A DNA stretch of 64,000 nucleotides from Candidatus Magasanikbacteria bacterium RIFOXYD1_FULL_40_23 (GCA_001783215.1 MFRA01000005.1:146824-210823); one strand, 5' to 3'; shown: positions 40,219 through 50,784, counted from the stretch's first letter. Made by a program: numbers and translations. Notes: generated by a model from the letters alone, not told the origin.

Positions 40219-41401
40219 TCTATTTTCATTATCAACCAGAATGTTTCGCACCAATCCATCCCGTACGTGGCTTACTATTTTGGGTATTAGCGTGGGGGTA
40301 GGGGCAGTGCTATTTTTGGTTTCTCTTGGGTATGGTTTACAAAATGTTATTTTGCAAAAAATAGTTTTTAATCAAGCACTTCTTAGTCTGCTTATTACTC
40401 CAAGTACAGACCTGATTGTGTTAGACGACAAGACCATAGCGGAAATTTCTCAGATTCAAAATGTTACCGACGTGACTGCTATGGCTAGATTTACGGGTCA
40501 GCTATCTATGGGTGGGGTAAATGGTACTGTAGATATTAGAACCGCTAACCCTTCATATTTTGCATATTCTGGTACAGAGGCCAAATACGGCAAGTTGTAC
40601 GAAGATGCAGATCAAAACCAGATATTGGTATCTGAAGCAGTGTTAAAGCTGTTTGGGCTTGAAGACCCAAATGAAATTCTGGGTAAACAGATTAACGTGA
40701 AAATTTTTACGCATAACGGCGCTGCCGACTCCGAGCTAGAAATTACAGAGATCCCAGTAGCCTATACAGTAAAGGGTATAATAGATGACAGCCAAGAGAG
40801 CTACGCTTTTCTTTCTCTCAAAGAAGCTCTAAATTATGTAAAAATCAATCAGTATGAGCAGGCGCGGGTAAAAGTAAATGATAGTAAAGATTTGGATTTA
40901 GTAAAAGAAGAAGTTATAGCCAGGGGATTTCAGACCCAATCACTATCGGAAACAATCGAACAGGCCAATAAGATCTTTAATGTTATCCAGATAGTTTTGG
41001 GTGCATTCGGTGCAGTCGCGCTTGCAGTTTCGGCCATCGGCATGTTTAACACCATGACGGTTACCCTGCTGGAACGTACAAATGAAATTGGTATTATGCG
41101 TGCTTTGGGCGCAGACAAGAGTAATTTACGCAATTTATTTTTAACGGAATCTGTAATAATCGGATTTTTCGGTGGGTTGGTAGGTACGGCTATTGGTATT
41201 GTGGGTGGTCAAATTTTTAATCTGGTTATAAATCAGTTGGCTGCCAAGTTTGGTGGTGCAAAGACAAGCTTGTTTGTATATCCAGCTTCATTTTTATTTA
41301 CAATTATTGGGCTTTCTGTATTTATTGGTTTTTTATCTGGCATATTTCCGGCCCGTCGCGCTGCGGCCATGGATCCGCTTGAAGCGTTGAGATACAAATA
41401 G
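40205..41401 (+). CDS. MacB/FtsX-family ABC permease
   Basis: LTILGI, ERTNEIGIMRALGA, PARRAA..DPLEALRY. Confidence 0.92.
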   Translation: MKATDLFSLSTRMFRTNPSRTWLTILGISVGVGAVLFLVSLGYGLQNVILQKIVFNQALLSLLITPSTDLIVLDDKTIAEISQIQNVTDVTAMARFTGQLSMGGVNGTVDIRTANPSYFAYSGTEAKYGKLYEDADQNQILVSEAVLKLFGLEDPNEILGKQINVKIFTHNGAADSELEITEIPVAYTVKGIIDDSQESYAFLSLKEALNYVKINQYEQARVKVNDSKDLDLVKEEVIARGFQTQSLSETIEQANKIFNVIQIVLGAFGAVALAVSAIGMFNTMTVTLLERTNEIGIMRALGADKSNLRNLFLTESVIIGFFGGLVGTAIGIVGGQIFNLVINQLAAKFGGAKTSLFVYPASFLFTIIGLSVFIGFLSGIFPARRAAAMDPLEALRYK

Positions 41402-41437
41402 CCCTTGACAAATAATATAGTTGTGATATAATGTATT

Positions 41438-41505
41438 CAGCTTAGGAAGTGGTGAGCAATCATTCGCTTTCAGCAATACAGGGCTCTCAATGCGAGAGCC
41501 TTTTT
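41438..41505 (+). ncRNA. Candidate small RNA (about 70 nt)
   Basis: TTGACA (41405) and TGnTATAAT, GCAA-capped hairpin, then GGCTCTC..GAGAGCC-TTTTT terminator; no ORF. Confidence 0.5.
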
Positions 41506-41577
41506 GCTTTTTACAGGGTTGACTTAAATTTTTTTAATGGTAAAATACGTTCAACCTTTTTCATTTTATGATTTTAT

Positions 41578-42033
41578 ATGCAAAATTCTCAGATAAACAG
41601 AGTGGTTAGATTGGTAAGGAGAACTGGAGACAAAGCAATTATAATGGATAACGAATCGGACGCTATCATGATGCTCATGGATTTGGGAGCATACGAAAAA
41701 ATATTAGACCGTTCCCAAGGAGTAGAAAATTTAACAGAAGAAGAGTTGATGGAAAAGATAAATCGAGATGTGGCTGTATGGCGTGCCTATAACGACAAAG
41801 AACGCATAGAGACCTTTGATAAGGTATTAGAAAAACCGGTAGCTAATCAACCCGTTGAGTCAGCTAGAGCTACGGAGCAAAGTAGAGTAGAGCCAGAAAT
41901 GGCTAAAACTACAGTAAAAGAAGCAGTTCAGCCGACCCCAGAATATAGTAGATATGCCGGCACCGAAGAATCCGCAAGCGATATAATTGCCGAAGAAGGA
42001 GAAGAAAAGTTCTATTTAGAGCCGGTTGAGTAG
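41578..42033 (+). CDS. Hypothetical protein (antitoxin-like N-terminus, acidic C-terminus)
   Basis: TGDKAII..M, LTEEELMEKINRDVAVWR, FYLEPVE end; own promoter. Confidence 0.75.
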   Translation: MQNSQINRVVRLVRRTGDKAIIMDNESDAIMMLMDLGAYEKILDRSQGVENLTEEELMEKINRDVAVWRAYNDKERIETFDKVLEKPVANQPVESARATEQSRVEPEMAKTTVKEAVQPTPEYSRYAGTEESASDIIAEEGEEKFYLEPVE

Positions 42034-42376
42034 GGTACGAATTAGTATAAAAAAGTGAAAAAAGAGGGGTGTTTTTTGTTCTAAATAGCTGTCCACAATT
42101 TACCCCCTTGCATTTTTTTTAATTGTCTGCTACAATGCTCACGCTATCTAGATTTAGTGTTTAGTTAGCGAAAATTTGTCAAAATTAGTAATTTTTAAAA
42201 TAAGCCCGACCATGTGTTGGTAACACATGGCATCTGGGCGGGCTTTTTAGACAAGGTATCGGCTCCGCCGATAACATAATAAATTATCCCGCTTTGCGGG
42301 TTTCTAATAAACATAAACGGCTGGAGAAAAATCTATCACCGACCACTCGGTGTAGTGCCGTCTAAGTATTAAGCTT

Positions 42377-43564
42377 ATGGCTGAGTTTGTACGAAACAAG
42401 CCACACGTAAACATTGGTACTATTGGTCACGTTGACCATGGTAAAACGACTTTAACAGCCGCTATTTTGTCGGTTTTAAGAAGTCGTGGTGGAGCTGCCT
42501 CCAATAAAGGCGTAGATGATTTGGATAAATCCCCAGAGTCCAAAGCTCGTGGTATTACCATCTCTACTGCTCACGTAGAATACGAAACAGACAACAGACA
42601 CTACGCTCACGTAGACTGTCCTGGCCACGCTGACTATGTTAAAAACATGATCACTGGTGCCGCTCAAATGGATGGTGCTATTTTAGTTGTTTCTGCTGCC
42701 GATGGTCCGATGCCTCAAACTAGAGAACACATCTTGCTTGCTCGTCAGGTAGGTGTGCCTTATATCGTAGTTTTCTTAAACAAAGTAGACCAAGTTACTG
42801 ATCCAGAATTGATCGACTTGGTAGAAGCTGAAGTTCGTGATTTATTGAAGAAATATGGTTTCCCTGGTGACACTACTACAATAATCCGAGGTTCTGCTTT
42901 GCAAGCTTTGCAAAACCCTACCGATGAAGCTGCAGCAAAACCAATTATGGATTTGATGGCTGCCTGTGACGCAATTCCTCAACCTGCACGTGATGTTGAT
43001 AAGCCTTTCTTAATGCCTATCGAAGATGTATTCTCTATTGAAGGACGCGGTACAGTAGTTACCGGTCGTTTGGAGAGAGGTGTTATTCACTTGAATGACG
43101 AAGCTTCTATCGTAGGTATGAGTGATGCTACTGGCAAGACAATTATTACTGGTATTGAAATGTTTAATAAGCAGTTAAAAGAAGGTCAAGCTGGTGACAA
43201 CGTAGGTTTGTTGCTTCGCGGTACCAAAAAAGAAGAAGTAGAACGCGGTATGGTTATTGCCAAACCGGGCAGTATTACTCCTCACACCGAATTTGAAGCT
43301 CAGGTATATATCTTGACCAAAGAAGAAGGTGGCAGACACAAGCCATTCTTCAAAGGCTATAAGCCACAATTCTATATCCGCACTACTGATGTAACTGGAG
43401 AAGTAGAATTACCAGCAGCCACTGAAATGGTTATGCCTGGAGACACTATTGGATTTAATGTTAAATTGATTTCTCCTGTAGCCATGGAAGAAAAGATGAA
43501 TTTTGCTATCCGCGAGGGTGGTAAAACCGTAGGTTCTGGTGTAGTAACTAAAATTATAAAATAA
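42377..43564 (+). CDS. tuf: Elongation factor Tu
   Basis: [27 protein letters not shown]. Confidence 0.98.
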   Translation: MAEFVRNKPHVNIGTIGHVDHGKTTLTAAILSVLRSRGGAASNKGVDDLDKSPESKARGITISTAHVEYETDNRHYAHVDCPGHADYVKNMITGAAQMDGAILVVSAADGPMPQTREHILLARQVGVPYIVVFLNKVDQVTDPELIDLVEAEVRDLLKKYGFPGDTTTIIRGSALQALQNPTDEAAAKPIMDLMAACDAIPQPARDVDKPFLMPIEDVFSIEGRGTVVTGRLERGVIHLNDEASIVGMSDATGKTIITGIEMFNKQLKEGQAGDNVGLLLRGTKKEEVERGMVIAKPGSITPHTEFEAQVYILTKEEGGRHKPFFKGYKPQFYIRTTDVTGEVELPAATEMVMPGDTIGFNVKLISPVAMEEKMNFAIREGGKTVGSGVVTKIIK

Positions 43565-43619
43565 CCTTGATTAAACCCCCCTCCGATGTCATGTCGGAGG
43601 GGGGTTATCCTTGCTCCTT

Positions 43620-43976
43620 ATGAAAGATACTAAAGACCACAAAAAAACAGCAGCCACAACCGTAGAAGAAACCATTAGCCGAATTAGAATTAAGATTCGT
43701 GCTTATGATAACAAGATTATAGATCAGGCTACAAAGAATATTATAGAGACAGCCGAACGAAGTGGGGCTACAATTGTTGGTCCAATACCACTACCTACAG
43801 AAAAGACTAAGTTTACAGTAAATCGCTCTACTTTTGTGCACAAAGACGCTCGTGAACAATACGAAATGCGCGTTCACAAACGTTTGATTGATATCGTAAA
43901 CCCAACTGCCAAAACTGTAGATGCTTTGATGAGTTTGCAAGTTCCAGCCGGTGTAGATATTGAAATAAAGATGTAA
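43620..43976 (+). CDS. rpsJ: 30S ribosomal protein S10
   Basis: [23 protein letters not shown]. Confidence 0.97.
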   Translation: MKDTKDHKKTAATTVEETISRIRIKIRAYDNKIIDQATKNIIETAERSGATIVGPIPLPTEKTKFTVNRSTFVHKDAREQYEMRVHKRLIDIVNPTAKTVDALMSLQVPAGVDIEIKM

Positions 43977-43988
43977 GGCAAAAAACCC

Positions 43989-44017
43989 TTGACATATATT
44001 AAAAATTGTAGTAGAAT
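43989..44017 (+). promoter_or_regulatory. sigma70 promoter between rpsJ and rplC
   Basis: TTGACA-N17-TAGAAT. Confidence 0.7.
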
Positions 44018-44276
44018 CGTAGTAATAAAAAAGTTGATTCAGACTAAGTAAATAAGATGCATTGCAAAACATTTACAAAGTCGGAATAAACTAGGAGAAT
44101 AAATTATTTTAAAATTTTAAATTAAGCCAATCTAAGTTACTCAACCAGTGTCCAACTAGGGCTTTGGTGGGGCGAAGAAGGCTAGAAACGAGAACATGTT
44201 TTTATGGCCACCTAAAAGTGGTCGCTAAAAGCGGGTTGTTGTTTCTAGTTTTTATTTAGGAGAAAAGCGGGATATT

Positions 44277-44999
44277 ATGAAATTCATTTTAGGTAAAAAA
44301 ATAGGAATGACTCAGGTGTTCTTGCCAAATGGAACGGTAGTGCCTGTTACAAAAGTGCAAGCTGGCCCATGCCAAATTGCCGAAGTCAGAGCCGACAATA
44401 AGAATGGGGTAAAAGCCGTTCAGATTGGTTTTGGTGAAACAAAAGAAACAAGATTGGCTCAACCACAAGTAGGCCACTTAAAAGATCTAGACAAAGTACG
44501 CAACCTAAGAGATTTTAAAGTTGATAGTAATGCCGAAGTAAAAAGAGGCGATACTATAACTGTAGAAACATTTATTGTTGGAGATAAAGTACTTGTAGTA
44601 GGAGAATCCAAAGGTAAAGGTTTTGCCGGTGTAGTAAAACGCCATCACTTCCGCGGTGGACCTGCTTCTCATGGTCATAAAGACAACTTGCGCATGCCTG
44701 GTTCCATTGGTGCCGGTGGTGTACAAAGAGTTTTCAAGGGTATGAGAATGGGTGGTCGCATGGGTGGAGACAGAGTAACAATCAAAAATCTAGAAATTGT
44801 TGAAGTTCACCCAGAAACTAATGAATTATATATCAAAGGTGCCGTACCGGGCGGACGCAACGCTTTGTTGCTTATTAGCGCTGACGGTGAATTGAAGCTA
44901 AAGGCTGTTCAAGCTGCTCCTGTTGTAGAAGAGGTAATTCCAGAAGTAGTAGCTGAACCAGTAGTAGAACAAGTAGCTAGCAAAAATCAATCCGCATAA
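44277..44999 (+). CDS. rplC: 50S ribosomal protein L3
   Basis: GKKIGMTQ, SKGKGFAG, PGSIG. Confidence 0.97.
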   Translation: MKFILGKKIGMTQVFLPNGTVVPVTKVQAGPCQIAEVRADNKNGVKAVQIGFGETKETRLAQPQVGHLKDLDKVRNLRDFKVDSNAEVKRGDTITVETFIVGDKVLVVGESKGKGFAGVVKRHHFRGGPASHGHKDNLRMPGSIGAGGVQRVFKGMRMGGRMGGDRVTIKNLEIVEVHPETNELYIKGAVPGGRNALLLISADGELKLKAVQAAPVVEEVIPEVVAEPVVEQVASKNQSA

Positions 45000-45007
45000 A
45001 AAATATT

Positions 45008-45640
45008 ATGAAAGTAAAAGTTTACAATCTAGAAGGTAAAGAAACTGGTGAGATGAATCTGCTCGACAGCGTGTTTGGAGTAAAAATCAAACCAGAAGTT
45101 GTACACGAAGTTTTTGTAGCTTTACAAAACAATCAAAGAGAACCTTGGGCTGACACCAAAAGTAAAGGTGAAGTACGAGGTGGTGGCAAGAAACCTTGGC
45201 AACAAAAAGGTACTGGCCGCGCTCGCCATGGTTCTATCCGTTCTCCAATTTGGAAAGGCGGCGGTGTAACCTTTGGTCCTTTATCAATCCGCAATTACAA
45301 GACCAAAATTAACAAAAAAACCAAACAGTTAGCCCTAAAGATGTGCTTGAGCGATCGCGCTAGTAGCAACGCTTTGTGGGTATTTGAAGATTTTAATTTT
45401 TCCGAACCAAAAACAAAATTGTTTGTAAAATTTCTTACAGCTTTGCCAGCAAAAGCAAAATCATTTTTATTGCTTACACCAGGCAAAAATGATAATGTAA
45501 TCCGCATGACAAGAAATTTAAAATCAGTAAAAACTGCTAGAGTTGAAGATATAAATGTAATGGATGTATTATCAAAATCAGTTGTACTTACCAACAAAGC
45601 AGGTGCAGAAAAGTTAGAAGCAGCTTTAAGTAAAGTTTAA
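45008..45640 (+). CDS. rplD: 50S ribosomal protein L4
   Basis: KPWQQKGTGRARHGS. Confidence 0.97.
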   Translation: MKVKVYNLEGKETGEMNLLDSVFGVKIKPEVVHEVFVALQNNQREPWADTKSKGEVRGGGKKPWQQKGTGRARHGSIRSPIWKGGGVTFGPLSIRNYKTKINKKTKQLALKMCLSDRASSNALWVFEDFNFSEPKTKLFVKFLTALPAKAKSFLLLTPGKNDNVIRMTRNLKSVKTARVEDINVMDVLSKSVVLTNKAGAEKLEAALSKV

Positions 45641-45646
45641 TAATCA

Positions 45647-45727
45647 ATATATGCGAAGCATATATTCTAATTCGCTCGGAAATAATTAAATAAATTTAAT
45701 AATTCCACTCACTTAATTACGAATATG
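45647..45727 (+). repeat. Family A element, copy A4 (rplD-rplW spacer)
   Basis: GCGAAGC mini-hairpin, ATATTC-TAATTCGCTC-stem-ACTCACTTAATTAC-GAATATG. Confidence 0.82.
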
Positions 45728-46222
45728 GGTTTGATAAATAATTGGTTAAACAAGAAAGATAAAGAACAGTTGAGCAAGACTGGCGAGAAAAAATCTCCAG
45801 CTACTGCTGCTGTGGCCAAAACTAAAACCAAATCCACCGCTCGTGTTTCCGAAAAAGAAAAAACAGAGAAGAAAGAACACGATCACAAAGAGCACGAACC
45901 AAAACAAGTTAAATCCACTGTAAAGGTTTCTACACACAGTACATCCTTTAGAGTTTTAATAAAACCACTTGTTACCGAAAAGAGTGCGATTGCAGAAAGC
46001 AAGAATAAATACAGTTTCTTGGTAGCTAAAGCTGCAAATAAGAATCAAGTAAAAACAGCTGTTGCTGAAATTTACGGAGTACAACCTACACAAGTAAACA
46101 TTGCTAATGTAGAAGGACGCGCAGTGCGTTTCGGAAGATCTGCCGGTCGTCGCGGAGATTATAAAAAAGCAATTGTTACTTTGCCAGCAGGTAAAACAAT
46201 AGATATTCACACTGGAGTTTAA
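45725..46222 (+). CDS. rplW: 50S ribosomal protein L23 with long N-terminal extension
   Basis: PLVTEKS, ANKNQVK, KKAIVTL; about 70 extra N-terminal residues. Confidence 0.95.
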   Translation: MGLINNWLNKKDKEQLSKTGEKKSPATAAVAKTKTKSTARVSEKEKTEKKEHDHKEHEPKQVKSTVKVSTHSTSFRVLIKPLVTEKSAIAESKNKYSFLVAKAANKNQVKTAVAEIYGVQPTQVNIANVEGRAVRFGRSAGRRGDYKKAIVTLPAGKTIDIHTGV

Positions 46223-46230
46223 TATTATAT

Positions 46231-47076
46231 ATGCCGATTAAGATTTATAAACCAACAAGCGATGGACGACGCCACTCAAGTGTGCAGTCTTTTTCTGATA
46301 TTACAAAAAAGAAACCGGAGAAGTCTCTAGTTGTATTTTTACCTCCAAGTTCTGGCCGCAACAACCAAGGTGTTCTTACTGTTAGACATCAAGGTGGCGG
46401 CGTTAAACAATTTTATCGCTTAGTTGATTTTAAATTGACCAAATTTGATATGGAAGCCACTGTATTGGCTATTGAATACGATCCAAATCGTGGACCTCGT
46501 ATTGCTTTAGTTCAATACACAGATGGTGTAAAAGCTTACGTTTTGGCACCGGAAGGCTTAAAAGTAGGAGACAAGATTATGTCTTCTCAAAAAGCCATCG
46601 AAGCCAATGTTGGTAGCCGTATGCCTTTGGAATTTATTCCAGTTGGTATGTTTATCCATAATTTAGAGCTTACTCCTGGCAAAGGCGGACAATTGGTTCG
46701 TGGTGCAGGAAATGCTGCTCAATTACTAGATAAAGAAGAAACTCATGTTTTGGTAAAATTACCATCTGGAGAAGTAAGAAAGATTTTGAAAGAATGCGCT
46801 GCAACTGTAGGTTCAATGGGAAATGCTGATTACGCTTTGATTCGTTGGGGTAAAGCTGGAAGAAACCGCATGCGCGGTATTCGTCCTCGTGTAAACGGTA
46901 AGAACATGAACCCTGTAGACCATCCACACGGTGGTGGTGAGGGTCACAACCCAATCGGTCAAAAGAGAGGTCCACAAACCATTTATGGTAAGCCAGCTAG
47001 AGGTGTTAAGACCCGCAAGCCAGGCAAGTGGAGTGATAAATTCGTAGTTAAGTCTAGAAAAGTTAAATCCCAATAA
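46231..47076 (+). CDS. rplB: 50S ribosomal protein L2
   Basis: [19 protein letters not shown]. Confidence 0.98.
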   Translation: MPIKIYKPTSDGRRHSSVQSFSDITKKKPEKSLVVFLPPSSGRNNQGVLTVRHQGGGVKQFYRLVDFKLTKFDMEATVLAIEYDPNRGPRIALVQYTDGVKAYVLAPEGLKVGDKIMSSQKAIEANVGSRMPLEFIPVGMFIHNLELTPGKGGQLVRGAGNAAQLLDKEETHVLVKLPSGEVRKILKECAATVGSMGNADYALIRWGKAGRNRMRGIRPRVNGKNMNPVDHPHGGGEGHNPIGQKRGPQTIYGKPARGVKTRKPGKWSDKFVVKSRKVKSQ

Positions 47077-47081
47077 TCTAT

Positions 47082-47426
47082 ATGTCTAGAAGTTTAAAAA
47101 AAGGCCCTTACGTTGATCCGAGAGTTCTGAACAAAGTAGAAAAGATGAAGGCCGCTGGAAAAAGACAACCAATAAAGACTTGGTCAAGAGCATGTGTAAT
47201 TTCTCCGGAAATGGTAGCTCAAACTTTTTTGGTTCACAATGGTAAAGATTTCTTAACTGTTTTGGTTGATGAAAATATGGTAGGCCACCGCTTGGGTGAG
47301 TTTGCTCCTACCAAGAAATTTGTTCGCCATGGTGGTAAGATGGCTAAAGATCAAGAAGGGGCAGCTGCCGCAGCTGCAGCCGCTGATTCCAAACCAGCCG
47401 CTAAAGCAGGAGAAAAAAAGAAATAA
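47082..47426 (+). CDS. rpsS: 30S ribosomal protein S19
   Basis: [23 protein letters not shown]. Confidence 0.97.
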   Translation: MSRSLKKGPYVDPRVLNKVEKMKAAGKRQPIKTWSRACVISPEMVAQTFLVHNGKDFLTVLVDENMVGHRLGEFAPTKKFVRHGGKMAKDQEGAAAAAAAADSKPAAKAGEKKK

Positions 47427-47499
47427 GCAAAGCTTGAAATTACGTCGGGGTTCGTAAATAAGAAAGCATTCTTATTTAGCTCACCCCTAGCAATTATAA
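47425..47499 (+). repeat. Family B element, copy B2 (rpsS-rplV spacer)
   Basis: GCTTGAAATTACGTC-GGGG..CCCC-TAGCAATTAT. Confidence 0.85.
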
Positions 47500-47507
47500 T
47501 TAATTTT

Positions 47508-47894
47508 ATGACAACACAAGTAACAGCAAAATTAAGATTCTTAAGAATGGGGCCACGCAAGGTTCGTCTTGTGGTAGATATGATTCGTGGTAAAAAAGTT
47601 TTAAGAGCCCTAGATATTTTGTCTGTGTTGCCAAAAAGAGCAGCTCATCCAGTTTTGAAACTGCTAAATTCAGCTGTTGCAAACGCTAAGCATAATCATT
47701 CATTAGCTGTAGAAGACCTAAAGATCTCCGAAGTTTATGTAGATGGCGGTCCGGTACTAAAAAGATCAATGCCAAAAGCGCATGGTAGAGCTACTCCAAT
47801 CCGAGAGCGCACCAGTCATATCAATTTGGTTTTATCAACATTTGATAAGCGCGTTAAATCAGAAAAAGATAAAGAGTTAAAATCTAAATCCTAA
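47508..47894 (+). CDS. rplV: 50S ribosomal protein L22
   Basis: PRKVRLV, SAVANA, RTSHI. Confidence 0.97.
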   Translation: MTTQVTAKLRFLRMGPRKVRLVVDMIRGKKVLRALDILSVLPKRAAHPVLKLLNSAVANAKHNHSLAVEDLKISEVYVDGGPVLKRSMPKAHGRATPIRERTSHINLVLSTFDKRVKSEKDKELKSKS

Positions 47895-47896
47895 AT

Positions 47897-48598
47897 ATGG
47901 GACATAAAGTTCACCCTAAAATTCACAGAATTCCGACTATATATTCTTGGGATTCAAAATGGTTTGCCAAAAATGCTCAAATGCCTTTGTTTTTGAAGCA
48001 GGAAGTTCAAATCAGAGACTTTTTAACAAAGAAACTAAAAGAATCTTTAATTGACAGTATTAGCATTGAAAGAAATCCAAAAGAGCTAACTGTTTATATT
48101 TTAGCAGGCAAGCCGGGTACTATCATTGGCCGTGGTGGTCAGGGTATGGCAGATTTGTCCAAACACATTGAAAGAAAAATTTTACAACAAAAATTAAAAG
48201 CTAAGATTAATGTTTTAGAAGTTCGTCAGCCAGCACTATCTGCACAGATTGTGGCAACAAATGCTGCTACCGATATCGAAAAACGTTTTCCTTTCCGCAG
48301 AGTAATGAAGCAAATGATAGAAAGAGTAATGAGTGCTGGCGGACAAGGAGTTAAAGTAAGAATGAGTGGACGTTTAAACGGTGTAGAAATTGCCAGAACC
48401 GAAAAATTGGCAGCCGGAAAAATGTCGCTTATTACTTTGCGCAGCGATGTAGATTACGCTCAAGCTGAAGCCCAAACATTGTATGGAAAAATTGGTATCC
48501 AGGTTTGGATATACAAGGGTGAAGCTTTTAGCCGCAGAGATAAATTTGCCAAAAAAGAAGAAGATTCAAAAGAAGAAAAACCTAAAGCAAAGAAATAA
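47897..48598 (+). CDS. rpsC: 30S ribosomal protein S3
   Basis: [26 protein letters not shown]. Confidence 0.97.
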   Translation: MGHKVHPKIHRIPTIYSWDSKWFAKNAQMPLFLKQEVQIRDFLTKKLKESLIDSISIERNPKELTVYILAGKPGTIIGRGGQGMADLSKHIERKILQQKLKAKINVLEVRQPALSAQIVATNAATDIEKRFPFRRVMKQMIERVMSAGGQGVKVRMSGRLNGVEIARTEKLAAGKMSLITLRSDVDYAQAEAQTLYGKIGIQVWIYKGEAFSRRDKFAKKEEDSKEEKPKAKK

Positions 48599-48606
48599 GA
48601 AGTAGT

Positions 48607-49020
48607 ATGTTGTTACCAAAAAAAGTATTACATAGAAAATGGCACAAAGGCCGCCGCAGACACTTGGGAGTTGCTACTCGCAATAATTTTGTAGCCTTTG
48701 GAGAATACGGAATCAAAAGCCAAGAACATGGATGGGTAAATAGCCGTCAGATTGAAGCAATCCGCCGTGTGCTTACTCGCTATGTAAAAAAGGGTGGAAA
48801 GATTTGGATCCGCATATTCCCAGATAAGCCAATTACCAAAAAAGGAAATGAAACCCCTATGGGTGGTGGTAAAGGTGCTCCAGACCACTATGTGGCTGTA
48901 GTAAAACCAGGGACTGTAATGTTTGAAATGGGTGGTTTGCCAGAAGCAACTGCAAGAGAGGCTATTAAAAACGCAGCCTTTAAGATCAGTGTAAAAACAA
49001 AGTTTGTTACTAAACACTAA
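48607..49020 (+). CDS. rplP: 50S ribosomal protein L16
   Basis: [15 protein letters not shown]. Confidence 0.97.
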   Translation: MLLPKKVLHRKWHKGRRRHLGVATRNNFVAFGEYGIKSQEHGWVNSRQIEAIRRVLTRYVKKGGKIWIRIFPDKPITKKGNETPMGGGKGAPDHYVAVVKPGTVMFEMGGLPEATAREAIKNAAFKISVKTKFVTKH

Positions 49021-49050
49021 GAATAAAGATTATACAAATAATTTAAACGT

Positions 49051-49248
49051 ATGCAATGGGAAGATTTAAAAAATAAAGGCAAAAAAGAGCTAGAAGAATT
49101 GCTTTCTGAGAACAGAAATGAGCTTAGAAGTTTGCTTTTCCAAACCCATGGCCGACAATTAAAGCAAGTTCACAAAATCGACTTGATCAAAAAAACAATT
49201 GCTAGAATCACTATGGCTTTAAAAGATTTGTCTAGAAAAGTTATATAA
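49051..49248 (+). CDS. rpmC: 50S ribosomal protein L29
   Basis: Position in operon; KKTIARI. Confidence 0.92.
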   Translation: MQWEDLKNKGKKELEELLSENRNELRSLLFQTHGRQLKQVHKIDLIKKTIARITMALKDLSRKVI

Positions 49249-49252
49249 ATAT

Positions 49253-49537
49253 ATGTCAACTGAAAATACACAATCCACTCACAATAGAAACTTTGAAGGA
49301 ACTGTTGTTTCTGCAGCTATGAACAAGACTGTTGTTGTTAGAGTTGACGCTATGGCGATGCACGCCAAGTATAACAAGAGCTACAAAGTTAGCAACAAAT
49401 ACCATGTTCATGACGAAAAGAGTGAAGCCAAAGTGGGTGACAAGGTAAAATTTGTAGAATGCCGACCATTATCCAAAACAAAAAAATGGAGATTAGTAGA
49501 GGTTTTGGGAGTTAAATCTAAAAAAGCCAAAGCTTAA
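49253..49537 (+). CDS. rpsQ: 30S ribosomal protein S17
   Basis: MNKTVVV, ECRPLSKTK. Confidence 0.97.
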   Translation: MSTENTQSTHNRNFEGTVVSAAMNKTVVVRVDAMAMHAKYNKSYKVSNKYHVHDEKSEAKVGDKVKFVECRPLSKTKKWRLVEVLGVKSKKAKA

Positions 49538-49549
49538 AGAATCAAGTAT

Positions 49550-49921
49550 ATGATACAACATCGCTCAATGTTAAAAGTAGCCGATAATACTGGTGCAAAG
49601 AAGTTACAATGCATCCGTGTTTTGGGTGGTTACAAAAAAAGATACGCTATCATTGGCGATATTGTTACCTGTTCCGTAAAAGAAGCCGCTCCGCACGGTT
49701 TGGTTAAAAAAGGTGAAGTTGTACATGTAGTTATTGCTAGACTTCGCAAACATACTCGCAGAGCAGATGGTACCTATATTCGTTTTGATGAAAACGCTGC
49801 TATAATTATTGATAGAAAATCCAAAGAGCCAAAAGGTACACGTATTTTGGGTCCGGTTGCCAGAGAATTGCGCTCCAAAGGTTTTCAAAAAATTATTTCT
49901 TTAGCTCCGGAAGTATTGTAA
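49550..49921 (+). CDS. rplN: 50S ribosomal protein L14
   Basis: [23 protein letters not shown]. Confidence 0.98.
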   Translation: MIQHRSMLKVADNTGAKKLQCIRVLGGYKKRYAIIGDIVTCSVKEAAPHGLVKKGEVVHVVIARLRKHTRRADGTYIRFDENAAIIIDRKSKEPKGTRILGPVARELRSKGFQKIISLAPEVL

Positions 49922-49928
49922 TTTCTAT

Positions 49929-50237
49929 ATGAAAATAAAAACAAACGACAATGTAAAAGTATTAAGTGGAAAAGATGCTGGTAAAACCGGCAAAGTTATT
50001 CAGGTTTTTCCTAGAGAAGAGAAAGTAGTGGTAGAAGGTGTAAATATCATGAAGAAAAACATGAAAGCAAACAAAAAAGGTGAGAAGGGCCAAAAGATAG
50101 AGCTCGCTGGTCCAATGCATATGAGTAAAGTAGCGCTTGTTTGTCCTAAATGTAATCTGGATACCAGAGTTGGATATAAAGTAGAAGGAACTGACAAAAA
50201 ACGCATTTGTAGAAAATGTAAAGAACTAATAGACTAG
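49929..50237 (+). CDS. rplX: 50S ribosomal protein L24
   Basis: KOW motif GKDAGKTG, VEGVN; two CxxC pairs. Confidence 0.96.
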   Translation: MKIKTNDNVKVLSGKDAGKTGKVIQVFPREEKVVVEGVNIMKKNMKANKKGEKGQKIELAGPMHMSKVALVCPKCNLDTRVGYKVEGTDKKRICRKCKELID

Positions 50238-50241
50238 TATT

Positions 50242-50784
50242 ATGAAAGTGAATTTATACGAAAAATATAAAAAAGAAATCGTACCTGCTTTGCAGAAAGA
50301 GTTTGGTTTCAAGAACGTAATGCAAGTTCCTAAATTAAAAAAGGTAGTTCTTAATGCTGGTATCGGACGTTTTGTAAAAGAGCCTCGCTTTATAGATAAC
50401 GTAGAAGCTAACTTGACCAAGATCAGTGGTCAAAAGCCTATGCGCACCAAAGCCAAGAAATCCATTTCTAACTTCAAAACTCGTGAAGGTATGGAAATCG
50501 GTGTGGCAGTTACTTTGCGCGGAGCAAAAATGTATCAATTTTTAGAAAAATTAGTTTCAATCACTTTGCCACGCGTAAGAGACTTTAGAGGTTTATCTGA
50601 CAAGAGTTTTGATAAGAACGGAAATTACGCAATTGGTTTCAAAGAGAACTTGGCTTTCCCAGAAATTAAGACTGAAGAATTGGAAAAAATGCATGGTTTA
50701 CAAATTATTATAAATATTAGCGCAAAAAATAAAGCGGAAGGCAAAGCTTTGTTAACTCACTTGGGCTTTCCCTTTGTAAAATAA
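50242..50784 (+). CDS. rplE: 50S ribosomal protein L5
   Basis: ISGQKP, LPRVRDFRG. Confidence 0.97.
   Translation: MKVNLYEKYKKEIVPALQKEFGFKNVMQVPKLKKVVLNAGIGRFVKEPRFIDNVEANLTKISGQKPMRTKAKKSISNFKTREGMEIGVAVTLRGAKMYQFLEKLVSITLPRVRDFRGLSDKSFDKNGNYAIGFKENLAFPEIKTEELEKMHGLQIIINISAKNKAEGKALLTHLGFPFVK

Noticed and set aside
41438-41480. SRP (4.5S) RNA
   Set aside because: Has GGAAG but lacks the CAGG..GGAA..AGCA helix-8 signature.
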